Source: Candidatus Sulfomarinibacteraceae bacterium (lineage in GTDB: Bacteria; Acidobacteriota; Thermoanaerobaculia; Thermoanaerobaculales; Sulfomarinibacteraceae). Taken from it: 64,000 bases of DNA. A program made the position numbers and the translations under genes. The DNA lies in the NCBI GenBank assembly GCA_963796455.1, contig CAWCLO010000004.1, positions 736,001-800,000 of the forward strand, read 5' to 3'. Shown one piece after another: positions 9,584 to 19,027 of this stretch. Below the pieces are notes generated by a model. It worked only from the letters and a program-made list of their open reading frames with translations. It was not told the DNA's origin and searched no databases. Each line of letters begins with the position of its first letter. The first letter of the stretch is position 1.

Positions 9584-10960
9584 TCATTCCGGAAGCCAAT
9601 TGGTCGGCGTTCTGTCAAGACTTCGGAATCTCTCCCACAATGCCGGCGCTTCGATCCGCGCGACCTCGGCGATGGCCATGGGATCGAGGGTGGTATGACG
9701 GAAGTCCTCGAGCAGAACCCGTCCGCGGGCGATGGTGTGGCGAACTGGTGCCTCAGCCGCACCATAGACCAGATGGCCGAAAATATTGGCGCTCCCGATG
9801 GGTGTCGGCGGCGGACAGTCGACGACGCAGAGATCGGCCGGCGCCTCAGCTACCAATTCACCGAGCAACGGTTCGTCAAAAAAACGCCTCGCCACCACTG
9901 CGTTCGTATGCAGAAGATGGGGGTGGGCGGCAAATCCAACCGTCGGATCGCGTCTTCCTCCCCTTTGAACCAGAAATGCGGCACGGAGCGCACGCAGCAT
10001 CGCCGATGACATGCCGTCGGTCCCGAGAGCTACGGTACAGCCCTCGGCTGCGGCCCGTTCCACATCGAGGCGGCCAACACCGTTGTTGGCGTTGGACTCG
10101 GGACAGTGGACGAGGACCGCGTCGTGGCCGGCCACTACCGCCCGGCCCTGAGAGGTCAGGTGGACGCCGTGAACGAGCAGGGCGCGTTCGTCCAGGAACC
10201 CCCTCTGTTCGAGACGCTGCAGCGGTGCGGCACCGAAGGAGAGCTCCGAGGCCTGGAAGTCGAGAGGGTCCTCAGCGAGATGGATGTGGCAGCCACAGCC
10301 ATCCGGTCTCCGCTCGGCAGCCTCGTCGAGGGTGTCGTCCGTCAGAGTGAAACTGGCGTGGAGCCCGATGGTTCCGCGGATCCGCGGGTTGTCGGCGTGT
10401 CGGTCGATGAAGCGGAGGTTTTCCACCAACCCGGCAATCGCCTCGTCGTGGCCGTTGCGGTCGGAAATCTCATAACAGAGCACTCCGGATAACCCCGCCT
10501 CCTCGAAGGTACGACCCATCACCGTCAGACTGCCCCTCAAACAAGACGGCGAAGCGTGGTGATCAAAAATCGTCGTACAACCCCAGCGGATGCTGTCGAC
10601 GGCTCCGAGCAATGCCGACAGGCGAACGTCTTCGATGGTGAGGGCGCGATCGAGCCGCCACCACAATCGTTCGAGGATCTCCCCGAAATCGGTGGTCGGC
10701 CCCATCGGCGAGAGTCCGCGGGCAAGGGCCGAATACAGGTGGTGGTGCAGATTGATCAGCCCGGGCATGATAAGACCGCCGTGGGCATCGATGGTCCGGG
10801 CATGCGGGTATCGCTCGAGAAGTTCCTCTTTCGTGCCGACGAAGGTGATGCGATCGCCCAGCCAGGCGACAGCGCCGTCTTCGATCACCTTCGGTTCGAG
10901 ACCTCCGGTCAGAACGACCCCGTTCGAGAGAGCGGTGATTTCTGTACGTGGAGGGCTCAC
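9584..10960 (-). CDS. ssnA: SsnA-like metal-dependent amidohydrolase
   Basis: GTGA overlap with the upstream gene; PGLINLHHHLYSALARG, WWRLDRAL, DHHASP, GLHASFT, HCPESNANNGVG, LGTDG. Confidence 0.8.
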   Translation of the reverse strand: MSPPRTEITALSNGVVLTGGLEPKVIEDGAVAWLGDRITFVGTKEELLERYPHARTIDAHGGLIMPGLINLHHHLYSALARGLSPMGPTTDFGEILERLWWRLDRALTIEDVRLSALLGAVDSIRWGCTTIFDHHASPSCLRGSLTVMGRTFEEAGLSGVLCYEISDRNGHDEAIAGLVENLRFIDRHADNPRIRGTIGLHASFTLTDDTLDEAAERRPDGCGCHIHLAEDPLDFQASELSFGAAPLQRLEQRGFLDERALLVHGVHLTSQGRAVVAGHDAVLVHCPESNANNGVGRLDVERAAAEGCTVALGTDGMSSAMLRALRAAFLVQRGGRRDPTVGFAAHPHLLHTNAVVARRFFDEPLLGELVAEAPADLCVVDCPPPTPIGSANIFGHLVYGAAEAPVRHTIARGRVLLEDFRHTTLDPMAIAEVARIEAPALWERFRSLDRTPTNWLPE

Positions 10961-12351
10961 GCGACGCCCCTCCGCACCCACTGACCGGTGCCGCTCGGGG
11001 CGAAAAGCTCGCTTCCATCCTCGTTTCGCTGAAAGACACACCGTCCCCGGACGTAAGTCGATCGGACCCGGCCCGCAAACTCGCGCCCTTCAAAAGGCGT
11101 GTAGCGGTTGAGGTTGTGCAGCCCTGCTGCCCGAACGGTCCACCGGGCGCGTTCGTCGAAGACCACGAAATCGGCGTCGCAGCCCTTCCGTAGGCGGCCT
11201 TTTCGGTGGTCGATTCCGAAGAAACGGGCGGGCTCCGAGGCGGTGATCTGGGTCAGCCGCTGAAGCGTGATTCGCCCACGGCAGAAACCTTCCGAATAAA
11301 GATATGGGAGCAGGAGCTCGACACCCGGAATTCCGCCATAGTCGGTCCAGAAAGAACCGGTCTCCTTTTCTTCCGGCCAACGACCGGCGGCGTGATCGGT
11401 GGCGACAAATGAGATTTCACCGGCGGCGACGCCCTGCCAAAGCCGTTCGCGGTCCGCCTCCGACTTGACCACCGGTGCGGTCTTGAGCATCGATCCGAGG
11501 CGTTCCAGATCATCGGTGGTGAATTCGAGGTATTGGGGGCAGGTTTCGGCGGATATGGGCAGACCCTCCTGGCGGGCGGCGGCGATCATATCGAGGGCGG
11601 CGCCGGATCCGAGGTGGACGATGTGGACCCTGGCGCCCGTCGTGCGGCAGGCTTCGACGGCCTGGGCAACCGCTGTTTCCTCAGCCGCCGACGGCCGGGA
11701 CGAGGCGTACGCCAGGGCGGAGTCGTCGCCACGAAGCTGCGCCTCCTTGCTGAGCTTTTCAACCAGGGACCGATCCTCGGCATGGATGCCGACCGGAACT
11801 CCGAGCCGTTTCGTTCGCGCCAGGACCTCAAGGACCTCGCTCGCGGTGAGATCTCTGAAAGTATCCATTCCGGAGAGCATATAGATCTTGATAGCCCCGA
11901 CGCCGGCGTCGACCAGTTCGTTCAGACGATCATCCCAACCCACTTCTGTGACGGCGTTGCCGGAAACACCACCCCACAATACGTAGTCAACATGGGCCTT
12001 TGATTTGATGATCCCGAGCTTGTTCTGCAGATTGGCGTCGCTGGTGACCGGTGGCAGAGAGGTGCAGGGCATGTCGGCCACACAGGTGACCCCACCCGCT
12101 GCCGCTGCCGCCGTTCCGCTTGCAAAATCTTCTCGGTGGGTGAAACCCGGATCGTCGAAATGAACATGGCCGTCGATGGCTCCCGGCAGGACCAGGGCGC
12201 CATCGAGGTTGACCCATTGTTCGTCGCCGGCCGCGGTGGCCGAGCCGGCAGGGACGATCTCCACGAAACGGCCGTCTTCGACGACCATTTCGACCATTTC
12301 GACCTCATTCTCGAGGACAGGGATCCGCAGATTGACAAATCGTGTTCGCAT
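10957..12351 (-). CDS. allB: Allantoinase / cyclic amidohydrolase family protein
   Basis: PGAIDGHVHFDDPG, GGVTCVADMP, HAED, HIVH, ETCPQYL, TDHA, GGIPGVE, TPFEG. Confidence 0.75.
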   Translation of the reverse strand: MRTRFVNLRIPVLENEVEMVEMVVEDGRFVEIVPAGSATAAGDEQWVNLDGALVLPGAIDGHVHFDDPGFTHREDFASGTAAAAAGGVTCVADMPCTSLPPVTSDANLQNKLGIIKSKAHVDYVLWGGVSGNAVTEVGWDDRLNELVDAGVGAIKIYMLSGMDTFRDLTASEVLEVLARTKRLGVPVGIHAEDRSLVEKLSKEAQLRGDDSALAYASSRPSAAEETAVAQAVEACRTTGARVHIVHLGSGAALDMIAAARQEGLPISAETCPQYLEFTTDDLERLGSMLKTAPVVKSEADRERLWQGVAAGEISFVATDHAAGRWPEEKETGSFWTDYGGIPGVELLLPYLYSEGFCRGRITLQRLTQITASEPARFFGIDHRKGRLRKGCDADFVVFDERARWTVRAAGLHNLNRYTPFEGREFAGRVRSTYVRGRCVFQRNEDGSELFAPSGTGQWVRRGVA

Positions 12352-12373
12352 GATGAGATCCAGTCTAAGGTAT

Positions 12374-15300
12374 TCAGTCCGCCTCAACCGCGATCAACGG
12401 AAACTCGGGCATCGAGTCGGAGAAGGATCGAAGCAGGGTGACCATGGTGCCGAGGGCAGTGGTATCGATCGCCTGATGCTCCTTGGAACTCTCCATGCGG
12501 TGGACTCGGAGTACTCGAAGCTCCTCTGGATCGAGAAGAACATCGATCGACGGTGTGACATATCGCAGACCTTCTTTGCTGCTCAAGAGCCGGTGCAGAG
12601 CGTCATCCCACCGGGCGTCAAGACCACGGAAACCCCGGTCCTCGACGAGCATGAAGGCGTTTTCGGTCTGTTCATCGAATTCGCCGCGGTGAAGGTACAT
12701 CCTCGGTTTGTCGAGCCACGGGCGGCCCTGAGTGGGACAGAACGTGACGCAGTTGCCACACTCGTTGCAGGCGTCGGTCAATACTGCGACCTGGGGGCCC
12801 TGAGCGACGGGAAAATCCTTCGAGCCTGTCTGCAGGCCATCGTCGTCGAGCTCTGGGATACCGAGGACATCGGGTCGAGCGTGATAGGTCATGATGGCGC
12901 GATTCGGGCACACCCCGTCGCAGGTGGAGCACATGAGGTCGCAATCAAGGCAGCGGGACGCTTCGGCCTGGGCGGCTGCCGGAGAAAGGGTCTGGATCAC
13001 CTCGGCAAATCCGTCGCGCCGTGCTGGCTCGAGCCTTGGGATCTCGATTCTGTCCTCGCTGCGCGCCCTTCTCTTGAGGATGTCGGTCCGATCGATTCCG
13101 GGCCAGGCCTTCGGCTCAATATCGTCTTTTCGGGGTTGACCACCGGCAAGGATCGCTTCGGCGATTCGGCGTCCGTCTCCACCCGCTTTGATGATGCTCG
13201 ACGGGCCGTCACCGACGATGTCGCCGCCCGCATAAACCCCGGGCAACGATGTCTCGAAGGTCACAGGGTCCACATCCACATATCCCTTCCGGTTGAGTCG
13301 TGGCAACGTGTCGCCGAAGAGCCGGAGGTCGGGCTGCTGGCCGATGGCGATGATCAGTGTGTCGAGCGCTACTTGACGTTCCCCGCCCGGCACGGCAGTT
13401 GGTCGCCGTCGTCCTGATGCGTCGGGTTCTCCGAGCTCCATCGTCGCCATTTCAACGGCCTCGAGGCGGCCTCCCTCGATGACCAGCCGAAGAGGCGCGG
13501 CAAGTTCCACCAGTTGTCCACCCTCGGCAAAAAGGTCCTCGAGTTCTTCGTTCTGGGCCGGCATTTCGGCCCGCGTCCGGCGATAGAAGACCGTGACCTC
13601 GCCGCCTGTCAACCGGACTGCGGTACGCGCGCAATCCATGGCCACATCACCGCCGCCGATCACGCCGACTCGTTGGCCGAGGGCGGGAGGGTCACCCTTC
13701 CTCGCGCCGCGCAAGAAATCGAGGCCATCGAGCACGGAGGTATTTTCCTCACCCTCGATCCCCAAGTGCAGACCGCGCCGAGCACCAGCGGCGATGACAA
13801 TCGCGGAGAAGCCCTCCTCGCGGAGTGTTTCGAGGGTAGTCTCGCGTCCGATCTCCTGGTTGTAACGAAATTCCGTGCCGAGGGCTGCGATGCGGTCGAT
13901 GTCGCGGTCGACCGCGTGGCTTGCCGCCCGGTAGTCCGGGATGGTGGCTGACACCATGCCTCCCGACGCCGGCCGCGCCTCGAAAACCGTTACCGACCGC
14001 CCCGCCCGGGCCAGAAAAGTGGCCGCAGCCAGCCCGCAGGGACCGGCACCGATGACGGCGGTTCGAGGAGCCTTCAGGGCCGGCTCAGTGGGGCGCGGAG
14101 GGGGGGCTTCCTGATCGGTGATGAATCGCTTGATCTCGCGGATTGCCAGCGGTTGATCCATGTGGGTTCGGAGGCAGACGGGTTCACATGGATTGTGGCA
14201 GGTGCGCCCGAGGATCGATGCCAGGGGATTGTCCTCGCGAGTCACTTCAGACGCCGCGGAAAAATCGCCGTCCCGAACCAGACGCATATAGGCCGGCACG
14301 TTTTGATCGACATCGCAGATGTCGGTACACGGTGCATCGATACAGTCGAAGAGACCAAGGCCTCGCCGGGTCTTGGTGTGGCTGCGCTCGAAGGCCTTTT
14401 TGTGAAGAGGTCTGCGGTCGACGACTTCCTCTGCCAGAATGCGGAGCTGGTATCGCGCGCCCTCGGTGGTGGTGCCGTCCGGCGCCCCGTGCCGGATGAA
14501 CTCGTCGATGGAGTCCGATCCGGATTGCCTCATCGCGTTCGTGATGTTGTCGAGGTATTGCCCGAGTCGCAGGTAGCCTCCGGGTTTGAGGAGGTCGGAA
14601 CACACGGTGACCGTCTTCATGCCGGCTCGCAGCAGCGATGCGACGTTGCCGGCGTCAGCCCCGCCCGAGAATGACATCAGCAGCGGGTGTCGCACTTCTT
14701 CGGCGAGACGGTGGGCGAGTTGCACCGTGAGAGCGTGCAACGGTCTCCCCGACAGATACATCGTTGTTTCAGCCGCATCGAAGACCGTGCGGTGGTTGCT
14801 GACTTCAAGGGTGTTGGTGAGTTTGACGCCAAACACCAGGTCCTCTTCGATGGCGGTGGTCTGGAGGTGGCGTATCAGCCTCAGGGCATCATCAAAAACC
14901 AGATCGTGGGCAAAGGCCTCATCGGTGATCTCGATTTCGGAAAAACCGAGATCTTCGTTGAGTGTCCGCCGCACGATCTTTGGACCAAGAAGGGTCGGGT
15001 TGAGTTTGACGCTGGTGTGGAGACCGCGATCCTTCATCAGGTATTCGGAGATCGCGCCGATTTCTTCCGGTGGACAGCCGTGCATGGTGGAAAGGGTCAC
15101 ATTGTCCGATAGCATCGACGGGACCCCGATGGAATCGACCTCCGGGAAGCTCTTCGAGACGGTGTCGATGGCGGCCGCGAGCTCGGGCCCGGAGTCCTCC
15201 ATCGTGTCGAGGAACCACTGCATGTTCGGCTGAAGGATGCCCTCGAGGTTGTAGCCGACGGAGAGGTTGAAGATCAGACCGGGATGGCTTCCGGGAAACC

Positions 15301-15715
15301 CGAGGTGTTGATGGAGGGCGTGGATCAGGACCCAGGCGTGGAGGTATTCCCGAAACGACTGTTCCACCCTCAGTTCCTGTGACCACTCCACGTTGTAGCC
15401 CTCGTCCTGCATGTCGATACAGGGCTTCGGGACCTCGAGCTGATCCAGGGTCTGGACGGTCTTGAGTTCGATGAAGCGGGCGCCACAGAGCCAGGCGACG
15501 ATGATGTTCTGCGCGAGCTGCGAATGGGGTCCGGCGGCGACTCCGAGCGGGTTCTCGAGCTTGCGGTCATAGACTTCGACCGCAAATGGATCACGATCGG
15601 AGGGCACAAAAAAGAGATCTCGTGGAATGCCGAAAACCGAGCCTTTTGAATCGAGCTCTTCGGCGATCCAGGTGCTGAGTTGTTGCAACGAGAGGGGGTG
15701 AAAACGGTCCGACAT
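12374..15715 (-). CDS. ygfK: YgfK-family Fe-S flavoprotein oxidoreductase (annotated 'putative selenate reductase subunit'; linked to purine degradation)
   Basis: GVAAGPHSQLAQNI, GARFIELKTVQ, PCIDMQDEGYNVEWSQEL, TLSTMHGCPPEEI, KLNPTLLG, GAGPCG, GGGDVAMD, CLDC, CPNRA, CNECGNC. Confidence 0.92.
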   Translation of the reverse strand: MSDRFHPLSLQQLSTWIAEELDSKGSVFGIPRDLFFVPSDRDPFAVEVYDRKLENPLGVAAGPHSQLAQNIIVAWLCGARFIELKTVQTLDQLEVPKPCIDMQDEGYNVEWSQELRVEQSFREYLHAWVLIHALHQHLGFPGSHPGLIFNLSVGYNLEGILQPNMQWFLDTMEDSGPELAAAIDTVSKSFPEVDSIGVPSMLSDNVTLSTMHGCPPEEIGAISEYLMKDRGLHTSVKLNPTLLGPKIVRRTLNEDLGFSEIEITDEAFAHDLVFDDALRLIRHLQTTAIEEDLVFGVKLTNTLEVSNHRTVFDAAETTMYLSGRPLHALTVQLAHRLAEEVRHPLLMSFSGGADAGNVASLLRAGMKTVTVCSDLLKPGGYLRLGQYLDNITNAMRQSGSDSIDEFIRHGAPDGTTTEGARYQLRILAEEVVDRRPLHKKAFERSHTKTRRGLGLFDCIDAPCTDICDVDQNVPAYMRLVRDGDFSAASEVTREDNPLASILGRTCHNPCEPVCLRTHMDQPLAIREIKRFITDQEAPPPRPTEPALKAPRTAVIGAGPCGLAAATFLARAGRSVTVFEARPASGGMVSATIPDYRAASHAVDRDIDRIAALGTEFRYNQEIGRETTLETLREEGFSAIVIAAGARRGLHLGIEGEENTSVLDGLDFLRGARKGDPPALGQRVGVIGGGDVAMDCARTAVRLTGGEVTVFYRRTRAEMPAQNEELEDLFAEGGQLVELAAPLRLVIEGGRLEAVEMATMELGEPDASGRRRPTAVPGGERQVALDTLIIAIGQQPDLRLFGDTLPRLNRKGYVDVDPVTFETSLPGVYAGGDIVGDGPSSIIKAGGDGRRIAEAILAGGQPRKDDIEPKAWPGIDRTDILKRRARSEDRIEIPRLEPARRDGFAEVIQTLSPAAAQAEASRCLDCDLMCSTCDGVCPNRAIMTYHARPDVLGIPELDDDGLQTGSKDFPVAQGPQVAVLTDACNECGNCVTFCPTQGRPWLDKPRMYLHRGEFDEQTENAFMLVEDRGFRGLDARWDDALHRLLSSKEGLRYVTPSIDVLLDPEELRVLRVHRMESSKEHQAIDTTALGTMVTLLRSFSDSMPEFPLIAVEAD

Positions 15716-15722
15716 GAAGCGA

Positions 15723-16874
15723 CTACCGGCCGCGCTTGTTGGCGAACATCCGTCGATCGGCCTCTTCGAGAACCGAGGTGGGGTCCCCACCCGGGAAGAG
15801 TTCGGCGACCCCGCTCGCGATGGAGAATGGTGGCGAATCATCTCCGTGGCGCCGCAGCGCCTCCCGGATGGCGGCGATTCGAGTCTTCGCGCTGGTCTGG
15901 TCCATGCTTGGAGCTACCACCAGGAATTCATCGCCACCCCAGCGGATGATGTGGTCTTCGGGGCGGAATTGATCGGTGAGCAGGCCGCCGAGCCGCTGCA
16001 GGGCGGCGTCACCGACCCGATGACCAAAGAGGTCGTTGATCTGTTTGAAATCGTTGATGTCGATAAAAATGATCGCTCCTCCGGTTTCCAGAACCGCGTC
16101 CATGGCCTTGCGCAGGCTGCGGCGATTGGCGAGATTTGTAAGAGGGTCGGTATCGACCAGGCGGCTCAGACGTTGTTGCGATTCGAGGAGCTCTCGGTTG
16201 GCGTAGTGCAGGAGTTCTTCGCGCCGGTCGGTGAGCACCGCGATACAGGCCAGACCGAGCACCAGTTCCACCCAGGCATCGATGAACGATGAGTAATTGA
16301 TATAGGCGAAGCCCTTTTGGTTGCCCCATAAGCCCGGCAGCAGCAAAGCCGCCGAGAACAGAAAGAGCGCTCCTTCCAACAACAGCGCCCAGCCGAGCCA
16401 TCGTGATACCAGCGAGCGCGGATTGCGCAGCACCGTCAATCCACCGGCCCCGAATACCAGACCGATCAACAGGCTTTCGGCGAGTTGCGCGTTCCACAGG
16501 TGGGGGACGGCAAAACCGAGCAGAAGGCTCCACAGGGCGATAAAAACCGTCAAAAACGTCGGCGAGACACGCGGTTCCGTCCCCGGCCGGAGGTGGTGGC
16601 GGGCGCCCGAAACGATCAGAATCGCAAAGACCGCCTTGCCGGCGAGGTAGAAAACCAATGCCAGGCGATGACCCGGCAACGGGATGTCGGCGTAGGCGTG
16701 GACGAATACAGCGGCGAGAGCCAAGGCGTTGGCCAGCCAGGCGAAGGTCCACAGTCGGACCTCGCGCAATCGGACAATCTGGCCGAGCAGCAGGAAGTAG
16801 CTGAAGAGACAAACCACCACCGAGAATTGAACGGCAATCGAGAGACGGTTGAGGATGATGGTGATGTCTTCCAT
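15723..16874 (-). CDS. Membrane-bound diguanylate cyclase (about 7 TM + GGDEF)
   Basis: Hydrophobic N-terminus; TDPLTNLANRR, DINDFKQINDLFGH, RWGGDEF; stop codon 7 nt before the ygfK ATG. Confidence 0.9.
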   Translation of the reverse strand: MEDITIILNRLSIAVQFSVVVCLFSYFLLLGQIVRLREVRLWTFAWLANALALAAVFVHAYADIPLPGHRLALVFYLAGKAVFAILIVSGARHHLRPGTEPRVSPTFLTVFIALWSLLLGFAVPHLWNAQLAESLLIGLVFGAGGLTVLRNPRSLVSRWLGWALLLEGALFLFSAALLLPGLWGNQKGFAYINYSSFIDAWVELVLGLACIAVLTDRREELLHYANRELLESQQRLSRLVDTDPLTNLANRRSLRKAMDAVLETGGAIIFIDINDFKQINDLFGHRVGDAALQRLGGLLTDQFRPEDHIIRWGGDEFLVVAPSMDQTSAKTRIAAIREALRRHGDDSPPFSIASGVAELFPGGDPTSVLEEADRRMFANKRGR

Positions 16875-16903
16875 GAGCCTGTGTTCACTATACCTGCGCT
16901 CGC

Positions 16904-17031
16904 GCAGAGGAGCAGAGGAGCAGAGGAGCAGAGGAGCAGAGGAGCAGAGGAGCAGAGGAGCAGAGGAGCAGAGGAGCAGAGGAGCAGAGGAGCAGAGGAG
17001 CAGAGGAGCAGAGGAGCAGAGGAGCAGAGGA
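16904..17031. repeat. Perfect octamer tandem repeat (GCAGAGGA)16
   Basis: 128 bp of uninterrupted 8-mer read directly from the sequence. Confidence 0.97.
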
Positions 17032-17119
17032 GACCCCGCCCTTATCACGAACGACGAGCCGGCAAGGCCCGCTTAATTCTTTCGGGAACAGTATCGGGAT
17101 CGGGAACGGCACTATCGTT

Positions 17120-17248
17120 CAAGATGTCATCCTGAGGGAGGCCGTCCGACGGCCGATTCGAAGGATCTGCGGTTCACGGGCGTTTCAATCCATCTCATAG
17201 ATCCTTCGACTACGCCCCAGGGCGGGCTCCGCTCAGGATGACATCTTG
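17120..17248. repeat. REP/MITE-like palindromic element (TGTCATCCTGAG...GAAGGATCT / AGATCCTTCG...CTCAGGATGACA type)
   Basis: 17-bp perfect inverted repeat 17120-17136 / 17232-17248; inner inverted pair CGAAGGATCT 17159-17168 / AGATCCTTCG 17199-17208. Confidence 0.8.
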
Positions 17249-17601
17249 GGGCGGCATGGGCGCCCATTGGGCATCTGAGTCGCGTGTTCCGCTGAGGATG
17301 GCATCGCGGGGCGACGTTCACATCCGTGGGATACTCGTGATGGGTGGATCTTCCTTTCGGGAACAGGATCGGGATCGGAGAGGGTGGACCGGCGATCTCC
17401 CTTTCCACCTTTCTCCCTTGCTCCCTTTTCCCTTTTCCCCTCCGCCACGTTGGAGGCCGGTTCTCCATTCGGGATCGATAGCGGGAGCGGTTGGGTGCAC
17501 GGGGGATGGTGATATCGAATATTCCCTGTCTCTCTAGAATCGTTCCGGTGTTATTCTCGACCGGAATACAGATATTGAAAACTCGGATGAGTCGGAGAGA
17601 A

Positions 17602-18942
17602 ATGGATTCTCGTCGATCGTATCTCGGGATAGTGTTTTGTTTTTTGATCATCGGGTCGATCTCTGAAGCCGAGACTCTGGTGGTGTCATCCGCATCGGAC
17701 CGCGGTCCGGGTTCCTTGAGGAATGCCATCATTCTTGCAGACTCTAACGGAGAAGCGGATGTCATCGAGTTTCAAGACGATATGACGATCGTTCTCGATT
17801 CGCCGTTCCCAACCATCACATCTGAAATCAGGATCCTCGGGAGGGGTTGGGAGCGAACGGTGATCGATGGAGGTGCATCTCGGATTGGCGGGCGGGGCGT
17901 TGCACTGTTCGATATTTCCACCGGTGGTGCCCTCGAACTCGACGGCGTCATGTTGCAAAACGCGGACAGCTCGTGGGAGGACGGCTCAACGGTCTGGAAC
18001 CGCGGATCGTTCGAGTTCCGCAACAGCCGGGCCGAGCGTAACGATGCCCGCTACGGGGGCATCTTTGCGACAACCGATGGTGGCGATAGCCGCTTTTTCC
18101 AATCGACGATTTCGGAAAACAACTGCGAAGCAGGACCTGATTCCTTCGAGGGCGTGATCCTTCTGAAATCAGGTGCGGTTTTGATCGAAGCATGCCTGAT
18201 TGCAGACAATTTGTGTTCCGAACCGGGGATTGGGGTCGCCGCCGTCGTCAACCTTTCAGGAGTTCTCGATATCAAAGAGTCGCTACTGGAGGGGAACAGG
18301 GGTGATCTGGGAGGCGCCGTCAGCACGGGAGGCACGACTCGGATTGTGAATTCAACTCTGAGCGGCAACCGGGCCGAATCAGGAAGCGCGATTTATCATA
18401 TGGCGGGTGAGCTCGCGATAGGATTCTCCACCATTGCAGGAAATCGAACCACGACCGGGGGTGCGATCCATTCTTCAGGATCTGTGAGGCCGATCATTCA
18501 GATGAACATCATCGCCGGGAACATCGGGCCCAACTGTGGCGGGGGAGGGGTGAAGTCCCGCTGGTTCAATATCGAGGACAGTAACGATTGCAGGCTTGAT
18601 GGAAATGGTGATCAAATCCACACCAATCCCATGATCGGCCCATTGGCAGCCAATGGGGGCTTGACCGACACATATTCGTTGCTGCAGGGGAGTCCTGCAA
18701 TTGACGGCGGCGATCCAAACGAATGTAGATGGGACTGGGACGGGCATCCCGCGTCTCCCGACGATCCTGTGGACTGGGATCAGCGCGGTGCCTTCCGACC
18801 GACCGACGGCGACGCAAATGGGACAGCTATCTGTGACGTGGGTGCGTTCGAGAATCCGGCCGCCGCTATGCAGCCGTTCTTTGTTGACGGTTTCGAGTCC
18901 GGCAGCGCATTCGCCTGGTCCGCGGTGGTCAACGCCAACTGA
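17602..18942 (+). CDS. Secreted beta-helix / choice-of-anchor Q-like protein with C-terminal FVDGFESG-x4-W motif
   Basis: Signal peptide; GPGSLRNAI, GGA repeats, NSTLSGN, PLAANGG.T...LLQGSPAIDGG, DQRG..RP.DGD...CDVGAFE. Confidence 0.85.
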   Translation: MDSRRSYLGIVFCFLIIGSISEAETLVVSSASDRGPGSLRNAIILADSNGEADVIEFQDDMTIVLDSPFPTITSEIRILGRGWERTVIDGGASRIGGRGVALFDISTGGALELDGVMLQNADSSWEDGSTVWNRGSFEFRNSRAERNDARYGGIFATTDGGDSRFFQSTISENNCEAGPDSFEGVILLKSGAVLIEACLIADNLCSEPGIGVAAVVNLSGVLDIKESLLEGNRGDLGGAVSTGGTTRIVNSTLSGNRAESGSAIYHMAGELAIGFSTIAGNRTTTGGAIHSSGSVRPIIQMNIIAGNIGPNCGGGGVKSRWFNIEDSNDCRLDGNGDQIHTNPMIGPLAANGGLTDTYSLLQGSPAIDGGDPNECRWDWDGHPASPDDPVDWDQRGAFRPTDGDANGTAICDVGAFENPAAAMQPFFVDGFESGSAFAWSAVVNAN

Positions 18943-19027
18943 TCGATCAATTAACGGGTTCGAAAATTACCGATGCTGTCTCGGTGCTGCCGCGCCCGGT
19001 TCGACCACGATGCTATTCTCGGCGACA

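Noticed and set aside
16875..17048. N-terminal (PLLLCSSA)n extension of the diguanylate cyclase
   Set aside because: It is the translation of the octamer tract; ATG 16874 gives a normal membrane-protein start.
17543..17566. TTCCGGT-N10-ACCGGAA palindrome upstream of the choice-of-anchor Q gene
   Set aside because: Single occurrence with no assignable regulator; could arise by chance.
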